A stretch of 63,957 nt of DNA, filler included, from Trypethelium eluteriae (Eukaryota): NCBI GenBank assembly GCA_051942245.1. It is 3 parts of 3 records of this genome, joined end to end, with 100 filler letters (N's around TTAATTAATTAA, not from the genome) between each part and the next. Parts side by side here need not be neighbours in the genome. Positions count along the whole stretch, not along the records: positions 1 to 23,268 come from JAVECL010000426.1; positions 23,369 to 46,631 come from JAVECL010000427.1; 1 more part is not named here. One strand, written 5' to 3'. Both the position numbers and the translations under genes were made by a program. The notes beneath the pieces are model-generated. The model was given only the letters and a program-made list of their open reading frames with translations, did not search any database and had not been told where the DNA came from. Below, in pieces: positions 13,123 through 26,596 of the stretch (positions within the stretch are counted from its first letter, which is position 1; the number at the start of each line of letters is the position of its first letter).

Positions 13123-14060
13123 TCTCTCTGGATTGTGGCTTTTGCTTCCTTTGGGATGTAGTGAAGGATACGGTGCTAATTGCAGAACCAGATGGAATTG
13201 ACTGGGTTCAAAGTGAATGTGCTTGGTGGATGAGAATATGAAGATGTCGCTATTCTTTTAAATTGGAGGCTTGACGATTTGGACGTTGAGATGTATACCT
13301 ACAAGCTATCCTTTGGGTGGACTTATATACTCCTTGGGCGTGACTCCTTTTGTAGAGCTTGACGCTCTTGCATTACTAACCATCGTCGGGCTTCAAGTTG
13401 AGTCGTGGATGTTGGCTCCTGCTACCTTCGGGGACTGAGGAATGCGCGGCTTTAAAACGACGAGGTTGATGACGACCGAACTTGCTTCGGCCGAGCCTTC
13501 GGAGGTGACGGGAGGCGCACCATCCTTTTTACCTTCACTTATCCCCCGTTGTGAACACGCTATTGACCCTACTGACGAACGATGCTCGAAGTCGGGTTCA
13601 AGTTCGTTATGATGAATAGCTTCGGCACTCATTTCCAATCGTGTGATCTCTTGGTATGTACGAGACAGCTCGAAGACGACGACGTTGATCTCTGCGTCGC
13701 TATTTTAAGCCCCAAGCTGAAGTAAGCGTTTGAGCCTTAGTCAACCAGAGCTATTGCGCTCAGCTTCGCTTGGCTTGGTACCATTTACCCGAAGAGCAAT
13801 TGACAAATTATACGAAGGTGAAAGTCTGCTGCGTTCATTTGTGACTTTCTCAACACTGCCTCATTATGGAGTTCTTGAGGAGGTCCTTGGAAACTTGGAT
13901 CATATCTGCTTTACCTCGACGTTGATATTAATCTCTCTTTTTTGCTTTTACAGCCATCTATTTTAAACGAAGACCTCGATTTTTTTTTTTTTTTCTTTTC
14001 GATTTTCGCCCTCGTCCATTCTACTTTCATCAAGTTCCTTCTCTTATCTCCACTTCGGAC

Positions 14061-14888
14061 ATGACAGAACCTAGTGTGTATGGAAGCACCATCGATCGAG
14101 TCCGAGCTGCCGCATCCCGCAACTCCGAGATCCTAGTCACTCTCAACAAGACCCAAGAGGCTGTTCAGGCCTACAACCGAACCGAGTTCAGCCTCCGCAA
14201 GCACCGTGCCGAGCTTGAATCTCAAGACCGCACCGTCAGCATTCTGAAAAATAGCTCCCACGTCAAATTCGAGAAGCACAAGACATACCGAGACGGCCTC
14301 ATCATCAAGTATGCCTACTATGCAGTATGCATGATGATGCTCTTCCATAAAAAGGCCAATGAGTACGAACAAGCCTACTTCGAAGCTCTCAAGAAGCAGA
14401 AGGACGCCGAGGACCGACGGGCAGGGTTGCAGAAGAACCTGGATGACGAGCTAGCGAGGAACAAGGAATTCCGCGTCACTGCAGAGGTTCATGGCAAGGC
14501 GCACGAAGACCTCGACAAGCTGTACATCGAAGTCTTCTCCGAGCCTACGCCCGAATTCCCGGAGCAAGAGGAACTGCGGACTCAGTATGATCTTGCGTTC
14601 GCGCAACGGCTGCAGGCGAAGGAGAGGTACGACGTCGTGAAGGTGAACCTAAGGAGTTCGGAGGAGGAACGGAAAATAGTGAGGGAAGATTTGAAGACCG
14701 CGGCTTTGGATGCCGAAGAGAAGAGGCAGGCACTAGAGATTGCGAGGGAGAAAGTCTTTGAGCAGGTGGCCGGCTTCGGTTTGGCGCCGCCAGGATATTC
14801 GGACTGTTGCAACAGAGCGGAATTTCAGGAGGAATATACTGACCCGCCTTCTTTCGAAGAGATTGAAAATCAAGAGTCGCCAAAGTAA
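14061..14888 (+). CDS. Hypothetical coiled-coil protein
   Basis: 275-aa uninterrupted ORF with strong GC3 codon bias, preceded by a pyrimidine-rich promoter tract. It is E/K/A-rich and helical, contains the motif LDKLYIEVFSEPTPEFPEQ and ends with PPGY/PPSF motifs. Confidence 0.75.
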   Translation: MTEPSVYGSTIDRVRAAASRNSEILVTLNKTQEAVQAYNRTEFSLRKHRAELESQDRTVSILKNSSHVKFEKHKTYRDGLIIKYAYYAVCMMMLFHKKANEYEQAYFEALKKQKDAEDRRAGLQKNLDDELARNKEFRVTAEVHGKAHEDLDKLYIEVFSEPTPEFPEQEELRTQYDLAFAQRLQAKERYDVVKVNLRSSEEERKIVREDLKTAALDAEEKRQALEIAREKVFEQVAGFGLAPPGYSDCCNRAEFQEEYTDPPSFEEIENQESPK

Positions 14889-15064
14889 ATGTAACTCATC
14901 CAGTTCGAGTGTTTTAGTGCTGCAAAGGGTATATAGAGCGGGCGCACGTCGTGACTTGAGATACTCTTCCTATCCCTATAGCTATTGTAGGCTGCGGAGG
15001 AGGGGATTGCCAGGGATTAGCATATCTCATTGGTTCATAATGAATTGGGTATCTTAGAAGGTTC

Positions 15065-16486
15065 TTAATCGAAAGTAATCTTCTTTCCCTGAAAAGCTGC
15101 ATTGTGCTTTTGCTGTTCCTTCGCCTTCCTCTTCGCCTCCCAGGATGGATGCAGCGATCCTTCCTCTCCCCCCTCCGTTAGGCGACCTGTACGATCATTC
15201 GAGCGGACTGTTGAATTCGATCTCTGCGTGGCATTCGCCCCGGTGGGTAACTCCTGTGCTCCACCCTTTTCTCTCTTCCAGTTCGGAAAGGTCGAGCCAC
15301 GCTCCTCAACCGCCCCTCTCCTTGGATCCCATCCCTTGTTCCTATCACCTCTTTTGTCATTCTGCTTCTGCTTTTGCAAATGATTGGCATTGTTGCCATA
15401 CTTTGCCTCCCAGATCTGCTGCCTTGCACGTTGACCTCGTCGGTTCCTGCGCGCGGGTGTCACGTCCAGGTCATCCTCAGATCCAGATTCGGAACCAGAT
15501 ATATAACCACCCATTGTGAGGGAAGGGAGGAAGGCTGATTTATTGGGTTTGATGCTTTTAGTGGCTTTGGAGCTTGCTGGAGGGACTTCTCGTGGGGAGG
15601 AAGGCGCAGGTGAAGAAGACGACACGGACAGATCAGCTAGGACATGATCCGCATTCGGACTTGAACGTTGTGGTGTGTCTTGATGTGAGTCATCTCCTAC
15701 ATCGGACTCATCCGAGGCTGATGCAAGACGGTCTTCAAATTTGGCAAGATTTTCGTGCTCGTCCTCATCCATTGAATCATCTGCATATTTAGATCGCAAA
15801 GGTAGAACGACGTCATCGCTCTCATGATCCGTCGATGCACCTTCATGATAAGAAGTTTCCTCGTCTATGTCTAACGCGTGGCGGTCGCTGGCACCTTCTA
15901 CCGGTGCCACCATTGAATCTCCGGATTTGTCAGAGCGAGAAGTTTTCGATTTCGCTCGCGATGTGGAGGCACCGATGCCAAGTGCCCGAGTTACCTCGTT
16001 TACGGCGTTTCCGGTGGCAGTCCTAACGGGATTGGAGCTATATAGTCTTGCAGCAACGTTAAGCGTGGCAGCATCATGAAGCATTTGCGGTACATCCTGA
16101 AAGCCAAAAGGTAATCCTGGTGAAGAAGCAATAGCTTTTACCTTTAGTAGAGACTTGTGAAGATGGTGTGAGGCTACGGAATGTAGATCTAGTGCCTGCA
16201 CTTGTGAGCAAAACAAGATTTAGTTGACTGTGTGCGCTGGAACCTTGACCTTTAGAGCTTCGACCTCGGATTCAAGGCGTCTCATAACATCATTGTCGCC
16301 TTTCGCCTCTGCAGCCTTGTATCTCTTTGCCAGTTTCTGCCTTTCAAATCCTTTGCCGGCTTTCATGGCTCGGCTGACATCTTTCGCTTGCTGCGCTATG
16401 ATTTGCGCTGTGAAGTTCTTTTGGCGCTGTGTAGGATCAGTGATAGGCTCCTGCCCTACATGCGAGCTACGCTTGCGCTTCGGCAT
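15065..16486 (-). CDS. BUD22: Bud22/SRFBP1 ribosome biogenesis protein
   Basis: Start MPKRKRS at 16486. Motifs KGFERQKLAKR, FLPSLTMGGYISGS, RRNRRGQRARQQIWEAKYG and C-terminal LHPSWEAKRKAKE..FQGKKITFD. One intron at about 16198..16250. Confidence 0.92.
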
Positions 16487-17299
16487 TTTGTCCTGGGTGC
16501 GAACTGGCGAAGACTGAGTATTGATCAAAGGGCTTGCATTGACGTCGAGTTTACAGCACTCTGATGATTTGACTGGGGACGCAGAACCTGATTTATGTCG
16601 GCAAGTAAACTTCGATCTCACACTGAAAGACGGATGAACTCAGTATTAGAAACCAATAGACTTTTCGTAGAAGGATAAAGTTTGTTTTACAGACTGCTTA
16701 GTCATGGTACCTGCATCCCACCAATACTTAATTGCTCGACAAAACAATCCTTATGCAAAACACTCCGCATATCCACTTACATGTCGGTCTGTGTGCACTA
16801 GTGGAAAGCGACACATCGAAACTCGCAGCGGACAAGTTCTGAGGAATTGCGCTTTTATGGTACATAAAAGCCCAATAAAAATCATCACAAGTATTTGTCA
16901 TATGCATGTCTCAAATATGCTTAACCTCAGAGGATCCACGCGACTGGCAGCTAGTGTGCTACTCCGAACATATGTACGCCCAGCATCTCTGCACCTACTT
17001 CTGACCGTAGATTACTTGCCAATCTTGAGCGTAAGACGCTTTCCTCTCACTGAGATGTCTGCCACCCCGATCCAAAAAGGACTGTTGTGATGGCTGCGGC
17101 TGTGAAACTCGACAGAATGGATTCTGAGCGGATGCTCAAACACTCGCAGTTTCGTGACATCATTAAACAGCTTGGAGGCAGCCACTTCCAATGCTAGCAG
17201 AGCCCGCAGTCACGTCCTTTCCACCTATGTAGCTGTGGCTAATAAATACGTGCTGGTCTCGAAATTGCATCATCCAGTCCTACAACTGCACGACCCATC

Positions 17300-17998
17300 A
17301 TGACATCCACCACCACGGCCGAGCCAGACCCTACAAACGACGACATCTCCACCACGCCCCCCTCAAACCACACACTCCCCTCTGATTGCCTCTTCTCGCC
17401 TTTCGCATCCACTACTATCAACGCGCCTGCATCCCACGTCGCAAAATGCCTCCTCGACTCGGCCAGGTATCCCGAATGGAACACCTTCATCCCCGAAGTC
17501 ACCATCACGTACGACCCCACAACTAAAGCCAAAGACGCGGTAGTAGGCAAGGAGGTTGCACCAAAAGGCTTCTTCAAAGTCGGCACCAAGATGACGTTCC
17601 GCTGCGAGATGAACGGCAAAGACGGGGGCAGTTCATATAATAACAAGGAAGAGGTCACACGGGTGGAGATGCCGCCTCCTCCCTCCATCTCTTCCTCTGC
17701 CTCATCCCCTTCTGCCTCCGGTGCCGAAGAGAAGGTCTACAATATAGAGTGGGACTCGCGGGGGTTTCCATCCTTTGTGATGCGTGGGAAGCGTATGAAT
17801 CAGCTGAGGCGCATACTCCCTGCAGGTGGAGGGGAGGGTGGAGAGAAGTGCGAGTATGTGACATGGGAGACATTCGCGGGGCCGTTGGCGAGAGTCGTCA
17901 AGATGCAGTTTGAAGGGCTTCTGCGCGAGAGGTTTGTGGATTGGACGAGGGATCTGAAGGCGTTTGCTGAGAGGACGTGGGCGGAGAGGGAGGGGTAA
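17300..17998 (+). CDS. SRPBCC / polyketide cyclase-dehydrase (START-like) family protein
   Basis: 232 aa. Motifs STTINAP...V...LLD..RYPEWNTFIP and YVTWETFAGPLARVVK...L.ERF.DW..DLK...E. Confidence 0.82.
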   Translation: MTSTTTAEPDPTNDDISTTPPSNHTLPSDCLFSPFASTTINAPASHVAKCLLDSARYPEWNTFIPEVTITYDPTTKAKDAVVGKEVAPKGFFKVGTKMTFRCEMNGKDGGSSYNNKEEVTRVEMPPPPSISSSASSPSASGAEEKVYNIEWDSRGFPSFVMRGKRMNQLRRILPAGGGEGGEKCEYVTWETFAGPLARVVKMQFEGLLRERFVDWTRDLKAFAERTWAEREG

Positions 17999-18876
17999 TG
18001 GCAAAAAGAGATGAAGAGGTAGCTTGTAGCCTAGGAGTGGTCAAGAGGAAGGATTGTGACAAGATAGCGGTAGAGGTGACGCGATTGGAGATATGTCGGG
18101 GGAGACGATGTATACGAGAGGTGCCTCTGGCCTAGAATTTGAAAAATGCCGGAAAGACATTCATCTTTACCGCCTCTGAACGGTACGTGTAGCTTGTCGG
18201 CACTGCCTATTTTTACGATGCTATGGAATAGTTATAAGTTAATTAGGGTTGCCTGTTCCAATCAAACCTTTGGTTACCCAGCCATTCCGCAGCCCCATGT
18301 GAGTGTGCGAAAGAGTCATTCGGCTCGCACATTGCATGGGCATTAGATATGTTGATTTATTCGCCATTCTTCGCCTTTTACATCATGAGCATACCGGATG
18401 CGACTTGAATCGCAGGCCGAGGATGATTGAGAGAAGCCAAGGGCAGTTTCACAAATTGTTTCATTCTTGCGTATCTAATGGTACATGAGAACCCGATTAA
18501 AGGCTCTCTCCCTTGCTGCATGTGCTGCTCAGGTACTGAAGGTCTTACATAAACCTTGAATCATGATGTCTGCGGAGATCTGAAGCCGATTACTCCCTCC
18601 GTATCTCGAATGTGTAGGAAGTTCGAAGCAGGGGCAAAGGACCACCCGCTCCATAGAGAAAAAACGTCTAGCGTCCCCAATTGGAACGCCTTGCAATGAT
18701 GCCGAATCAAAGGGTAACCAAACCCCTCGCCACCCCCAAGCCATAGTGCAGAAATTACGTGACTTTGCGCTGCATCGCCGGTGTGGCAAGATGTCCAAGT
18801 CACTCTGAACAAGATTATCCGGTAATGTGGAGTTCGATCATGTTGTGTAAGGAGACCACACTGTTGTAATCAATCA

Positions 18877-21036
<2,160 letters not shown>

Positions 21037-23268
21037 TGGTACTCGTACGGCAGCAACGGTGCCGTGGAAGAAATATGTGGTCGAATGGCCTGCCTCACGA
21101 AAGCTCCAGCATCATCTGGCGTAGCTACCTCGATGCGGAAGGAGTAGCACAATAGACGGGCGTAAGGGAGTGAGAGTTGCGAAGTATCGGCCCGGGCGAG
21201 AGTATAGGGAATTGATCAACCGGGATGATGGAATAGATGCGGGACAGGGCCGCAGTTTCAGATGATGCACCGTAGGAGAGCAATCCTAGCGAACCATACC
21301 AAACCGTGGAGCAGCTCGGTCGCGCGATGTGGAGCGGAGTTTCCAAGCTTGTGGTCGGTACTGGGTAGCACGAAAGGGTACAAAGGGCAGGGGAATGTGC
21401 CTGTCAGATCTCGTCGAAAGCTGCACAGCTGACGGGGCACGGGGCGGGGAGGTAAGTAGTACCAAGCCAAGGTACTCCGTACAGCGGAAAGGGTGGAAAT
21501 TCGGCGATGGGGCCGCTGGGTTAAGTCCGGGTAGGGTCGACAAGGTAATTAGCTACACAGGTACGGAGTAGTTCATAGATAGTTCATAGGTAGTTCATTT
21601 TGTAAAATAGAGAACGCAGGGGGATTATTGATTTTTTTCCTGGTGATTTGCACTACGAGCAGTGGAAGACCTCATCAGCTGCAGGGCAAACAATCTGAAG
21701 AATAAGGCGGCATCATCGTCTCTGCACGGTGGACGAATCTCTTCATCAGAGTCACCGTCACCCTCAGCCCAGGTCACAGCCAGTCAAACCAACGTCAAGG
21801 GGCGCCAAGAAGAGGCGGTAGCCCCCAGCTCACCACGTTTTGTTCTGCATGTTACAGTCCCTAGTGCTCCACCACCACATCGTGGGATGCCACATGGCCA
21901 ATGATTGCCTGCTGCCGCCCCCTGCACTTGACCGCCTTGGGCAAACTTCTAGAAGCTCTTCAGACGCCTCCTTGCCCGAACCACATCAAGCTCCGTCCGC
22001 GAATAGATTGGCTTCGGAGTATTTGCTTGTACGCCTGTTGGCACCAGGTGGATATAGAGGAGCACGTTGCTGCCTTGACCAGACTCTCTCTGTGCCGCAC
22101 TAATTCCGTCCTGTCTGGTCAGCTTCAACATCTTGCATTAGGAGGTGAGGAGACACTGTGGAGGCTTGGCGTTCTCGATCCTGAGCCGCCGCCCTGTGGC
22201 GCGAGCTATTGCTGCAATATTCGACTTCTATCTCCGTACCCGAGGATGGGTTCCAATTGAAACATGAAACAGCGCCGCCAAAAGGGGCGCCAACCATTCC
22301 CACGTTGTCGCTTGCGCCAGCTCGCAATGATTCTGCTATTCCGGCCATGTGACATTTACGTCTTCCCGTCGTGTGATCGACAGATCCACGAGTCAACCCA
22401 AGAAACTGTGACCCGCAACCTGAAGCGTTGGCCCAGCCTTCTCAAACATCATGCCGTGAATTTATTGACACAATGACGCAGCATGCTAATTCGGACCAAC
22501 CCGTCACCCCATCGCCCTCTCCAGCCTTTCCGGACCCTGATGAGCAGCACACCCTATGACATGACTGCAAAAACCAATCTAGTTGACCTTGCGGTCGGCG
22601 GCCTAATCAACGACCGTCGTAGTTTATTGCGCGATTCGTAGGGCACAGAATCCTCTCAGCAAGCTGCTCTCAGCAAGCTGCTCTTAGCTTGCGGCTGACT
22701 ACGTCTTACCCACCTAGCTCCGTACACTGAGTAACATCGCCTGCCCCTGCTAGACGTATCAAGCCACAAGATGGCGGGGAAGCAGAACCAGTTCAAGGCA
22801 ACACCCAAGCTCTGATACAATCTCAAATCATTGTCCCAAGTAGGCAGGGATATCCGGGCAGGATCCGTAAATTTAGCCAGAGCTTCTGATGCACTATGTG
22901 ACGTAGGTTTCGCTGTGTTCTTGAAAACTACGCCACAGCGGGTGAAAAAGGCACAAACATCCTTTTCACCTTCTGTTGAAACTTCAGATTGCGCTTACCA
23001 ACAATGCTGCACCATCTCTTTCGGCTCGGTGAGCTTGGAATCTGGTCGGTAAATTGCACGCCTACCGCACCGGGATCGGCAGGACTAAATGGGTGCTCCA
23101 CGACGACGAACGGCTATTCGGCCATAACCCATGGTAAGCACAGTAGTAGTAGACCATAGTTCTCAACACCCTATTTCTCGAAGTAAGCCAAGTTGTTCTC
23201 CAGAGCTAGAAACACCTCATCATCATTTTCCTCTTCCCATCTTAACAACTATCTTGTATTCAACGCAC

Positions 23269-23368
23269 NNNNNNNNNNNNNNNNNNNNNNNNNNNNNNNN
23301 NNNNNNNNNNNNTTAATTAATTAANNNNNNNNNNNNNNNNNNNNNNNNNNNNNNNNNNNNNNNNNNNN
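23269..23368. other. Assembly gap with artificial six-frame-stop linker
   Basis: 44 N + TTAATTAATTAA (23313..23324) + 44 N, exactly 100 nt. Confidence 0.98.
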
Positions 23369-24601
23369 CACCACATCAACCACATACCGACAGCCCACCA
23401 ACTCCCGCACATCCCCCAACTCCTGCACTCCCTTCTCCCGTCCTTCCCCCTCAGCTGCTGCCACACCAGCATCACCGCTCACCTCAAAGAAGCTCATCCC
23501 CTCGTCCGCGCTTGTCGCCCACACCTGCTCGCCCAGCACGCCCGCCCTATGCACCGCCGAGCCGAGATTGAACACCTGCACGACGGCGTCGTCTTCGCTG
23601 GCGTGAGCGGGGTCGAAGAGGGTGAGCAGGGCGTCGGTGCTGCCGGATAGGAGAAGCGGAGACGTCTCAGTGGTAGTAGTCGTCGTCGTCGTGGGAACGC
23701 TTGTCGTACTCGGATTGCTGGCGGATATCGTGGTGGGGAAGGACGAGGGCAGGAAGGAGAGGGTGGTGATGGTGTCAGTGTGGGATTCGGTGTAAGTGCG
23801 GAGCGGGGAAGTAGGTTGGCGGATGTCCCTGTGGAGGAGGGGTGCGTGTTAGTTACTGGGGTTCTGGAGGAGGGGCAGAAGGTGAGGGTTTGGGACGGAG
23901 GAAGGGGTGGGAGATGATGGGTTTGAGGGGTTAGGAACTCGGGGTGTCGTACCAGATGTAGATGTCGGCTTCGTGGCCGCTGATTTCGAGTTCAGCGCCG
24001 GCGGCGATGAGGTTGTGAGATGCGTTGCATGCTAAGGCGGAGAGGGGGATATTGTTTGCTTGGATCTCTGTCAGACGGAGACTTCATTGGGACGAATCAG
24101 TAGCACCGGGACGTATGTAAAGAAAATGAGGGACTGTCACGTTGCCAGAATGACGAGCACAGAGGCATTGTGAATGATCTTGATGAGAACCGTACCATGA
24201 TGGTCGTAGGGAAATCTTGCTCAACCTTGAAGACGGATGATGATATCTATTTTCCATATAAAAAGCAAACCAATCTTACCTGCTATCACTTCAAAGACAG
24301 CCTTCGTCGACGAAGCTCTAAGGTCCCATCCTTTCACTTTGCCATCTCTACCAGTAGTCACCACCCCAGGTCTCTTGCCTCCATCGATCCCGCCGGTGTC
24401 CCAGTCTTTCAAACACGTGATACCTTCATGTGCATTCGGAATTTCGTGAAGAAGACGCAAGCCATCCGAAGAAAAGCAGCGAATTGCGTCGTCGGAAGCA
24501 ATAACAAAAATTGCTGTATCCTTAGGACACAATGTGTAGATGTAGGGACTGTTTGCGAGAGTTGGGGACTGAGCAAGGGACCGAAAGGTTGTGGGAGGCA
24601 T
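23369..24601 (-). CDS. WD40 repeat protein, WDR89/YNL035C-like (3' end lost in the gap)
   Basis: ATG 24601. Spliced translation includes AHEGITCL, VTTGRDGKVKGWDLR, IAAGAELE..IYIWDIR..LRTYTESHTDTITTLSF and LLSGSTDALLTLFD..EDDAVVQVFN. Introns at about 24060..24279 and 23829..23952. Confidence 0.85.
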
Positions 24602-25402
24602 AGAGGAAGAAAATGACAAAAACAACAATTACTCCAATTGAGCAATCCCTGCAAAGGAATATCACTGAGATTGCTTTTTGAGCATCAAGCAAGTCTTGTT
24701 GCAAACATTTGGTAGATCTTTTGTTTTTCTTTCCCAAGGTAGATGTTGCCACTGTCGTAAAAGCAACCGCCTTGGGCTAGTTTTGTGGTGTTAGTTTTAG
24801 AGTCGCGTGGGTTGGCATTGGCGAGATAGGCGAGATAGGTATAGTCGCAGGGATTCAATAATGTTTTACATAGCGAGACTCACATCACAATTGACGATGG
24901 CTGGACCTCCTCAGAGCTTCAGCGTCTATTTTGCGATGCTTCTGCTTCTGCTTCTGCTCAGAGTTTTCCCAAAACAGGTCACGGCTGTTCTCGCTTCTCT
25001 CACCGCCTAAGGTTGGACTAGCCTACCTTAAGTTGGTCAGAAATCCAAACGCAGTAATTTCCTCCGCTGACAAGACGGAATTTGGAGACTGGTTTGTTGA
25101 AAGTTCATTGGATTTGTGAATTACTTTTCGAGCTACCTCCGCTACCGCCGAAGATGCTGCAGTGGCGTGTCTAGTATAGAATGCAAATTTCCTACGCCAC
25201 AAGTACCGAGAGGACGCCATGCTCAAGTAATCCCCAGGGTATGAGAACAAAACAATGCCGGCAGATTGCCCTTGACTTCCCTTGATGTTAAAACTCTTCG
25301 GAGTCCGAAAACGCCATCGTCACATGCATCGAGTGTAAAGAGTGAAGAAAAAATGGGGATCAGGCAACCAGAGTCCAGGATTCGTGATCGGTATTGCCCC
25401 GC

Positions 25403-26296
25403 TTAAGCACGCGGCGAGCCCATGCGAGGGTTGGTAGGTGAGGGAAATTGAGTAGAAGCTGTGCTTGTTAAAGTGGATGGAAGAAATCCATGTTGTTGAG
25501 CATATTCCGCCGCGGAAAGTTGGGAGATGTTGCCATTCTCTGTGGCTTCCTTAATCCACTGCTCCCACACCGCTAAATCCATCCCACCTGCCGGAGTCTG
25601 CATGGCGTTTGACGCTGCTCGGAAGATATTGGGCTGGAGAGTTCTTTCATGCTGGTTGGGCATTGAGGTCACTCTGAACTGACTTTCGTGAGACGGAGCA
25701 CCGATAGTCTCCTCAGCAGCATCCTCAAGTTCACCCTCCTCTTCATCAACCTCGCTATCCTCATCGTCTGGCATCTCCGTATCCACTGTCGTGCGTCCAA
25801 CCTGCTCAATCTCCACCGTCATTTCCCTCTTGATGTGGATGCCGTCGTTGCCGCTGCTCGCTCTCGGTGTTGTATCCAACCTTGCTTTCTTTGTCTTCCG
25901 AGGATCCACCCATTCTGGAATGTCAAGCCCAGTGGTATCCTGCACCTTGATGCCTTCATCACGCTCGTAACGTTCACGTGCCCACTTGGTGCCCTCCCAC
26001 CTACAGAACCCCGCAATTTCTCCTTCGGTCAGTTCCAACGCGTCAAAGGCCTTGAATAGTGCGGCATGGTGAGGGAAGCGTCCGAGTCGTTTGCGATGTG
26101 GCGGATGAGAGTAGTTGAGGCCTGGATATCGGGCTTCGATTGTGTCTAGAGAGCCATAGAAAGTAGCGGTTTCGATGCGGACTTCGGGAACCAGGTTTTT
26201 GGCCAGATGAGCGGAGAATGAAGAAGGGTCACTAGGGCGAGGATTGGGATAGAGGAACTGGTGCAGAAGGACGGCGATGGGGTGGTTGCGATGCAT
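25403..26296 (-). CDS. Conserved fungal hypothetical protein
   Basis: ATG 26296. The ordered N-terminal ~120 aa (LVPEVRIETATFYG..IEARYPGLNYSHPPHRKRLGRFPHH..LFKAFDAL.LT..EI..FCRWEGTKWARERYE) is recognisable from other filamentous ascomycetes. The C-terminus is acidic and disordered. Confidence 0.82.
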   Translation of the reverse strand: MHRNHPIAVLLHQFLYPNPRPSDPSSFSAHLAKNLVPEVRIETATFYGSLDTIEARYPGLNYSHPPHRKRLGRFPHHAALFKAFDALELTEGEIAGFCRWEGTKWARERYERDEGIKVQDTTGLDIPEWVDPRKTKKARLDTTPRASSGNDGIHIKREMTVEIEQVGRTTVDTEMPDDEDSEVDEEEGELEDAAEETIGAPSHESQFRVTSMPNQHERTLQPNIFRAASNAMQTPAGGMDLAVWEQWIKEATENGNISQLSAAEYAQQHGFLPSTLTSTASTQFPSPTNPRMGSPRA

Positions 26297-26528
26297 CTTG
26301 GTTGGCCGGCACTGGCAGGTGCCAGATCCAAGTAGATATTTGTTTGAAATATGTGTCAAGAGAGGCTCGTTCTCGAAAGCCGGTTGGTAGATGTTTGTTT
26401 TGCAAGGAAGGTCAATTTGTGGTGGAGTTGTTCAAAGAGTGGTGATATGCAGAGTTTGCAAGTGCATGAAAGATTTGACAAAGAGTGAAGGATGTGTGGG
26501 TGAACCCGTGATTGCCACGAGGGGCAGT

Positions 26529-26596
26529 GAAAGTCAAAGTCAAAGTCAGATGCAGGATGCAGGATGCAGGTGCAGGTGCAGGTGCAGCAGGTGCGG
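26529..26596 (+). repeat. Compound microsatellite (AAAGTC)n-(GATGCAG)n-(GTGCAG)n
   Basis: Read directly: aaagtcaaagtcaaagtcagatgcaggatgcaggatgcaggtgcaggtgcaggtgcagcaggtgc. Confidence 0.85.

Noticed and set aside
11737..17998. SRPBCC-like proteins plus a reductase as a possible secondary-metabolite cluster
   Set aside because: There is no PKS, NRPS, terpene synthase, transporter or cluster regulator, and the housekeeping gene BUD22 sits in between.
23313..23324. Palindromic TTAATTAATTAA repeated at two sites (also 46676..46687), superficially like a piggyBac TTAA target or a recombination site
   Set aside because: Each copy is centred in a 100-nt N block. It is a synthetic six-frame stop linker added by the assembly pipeline.
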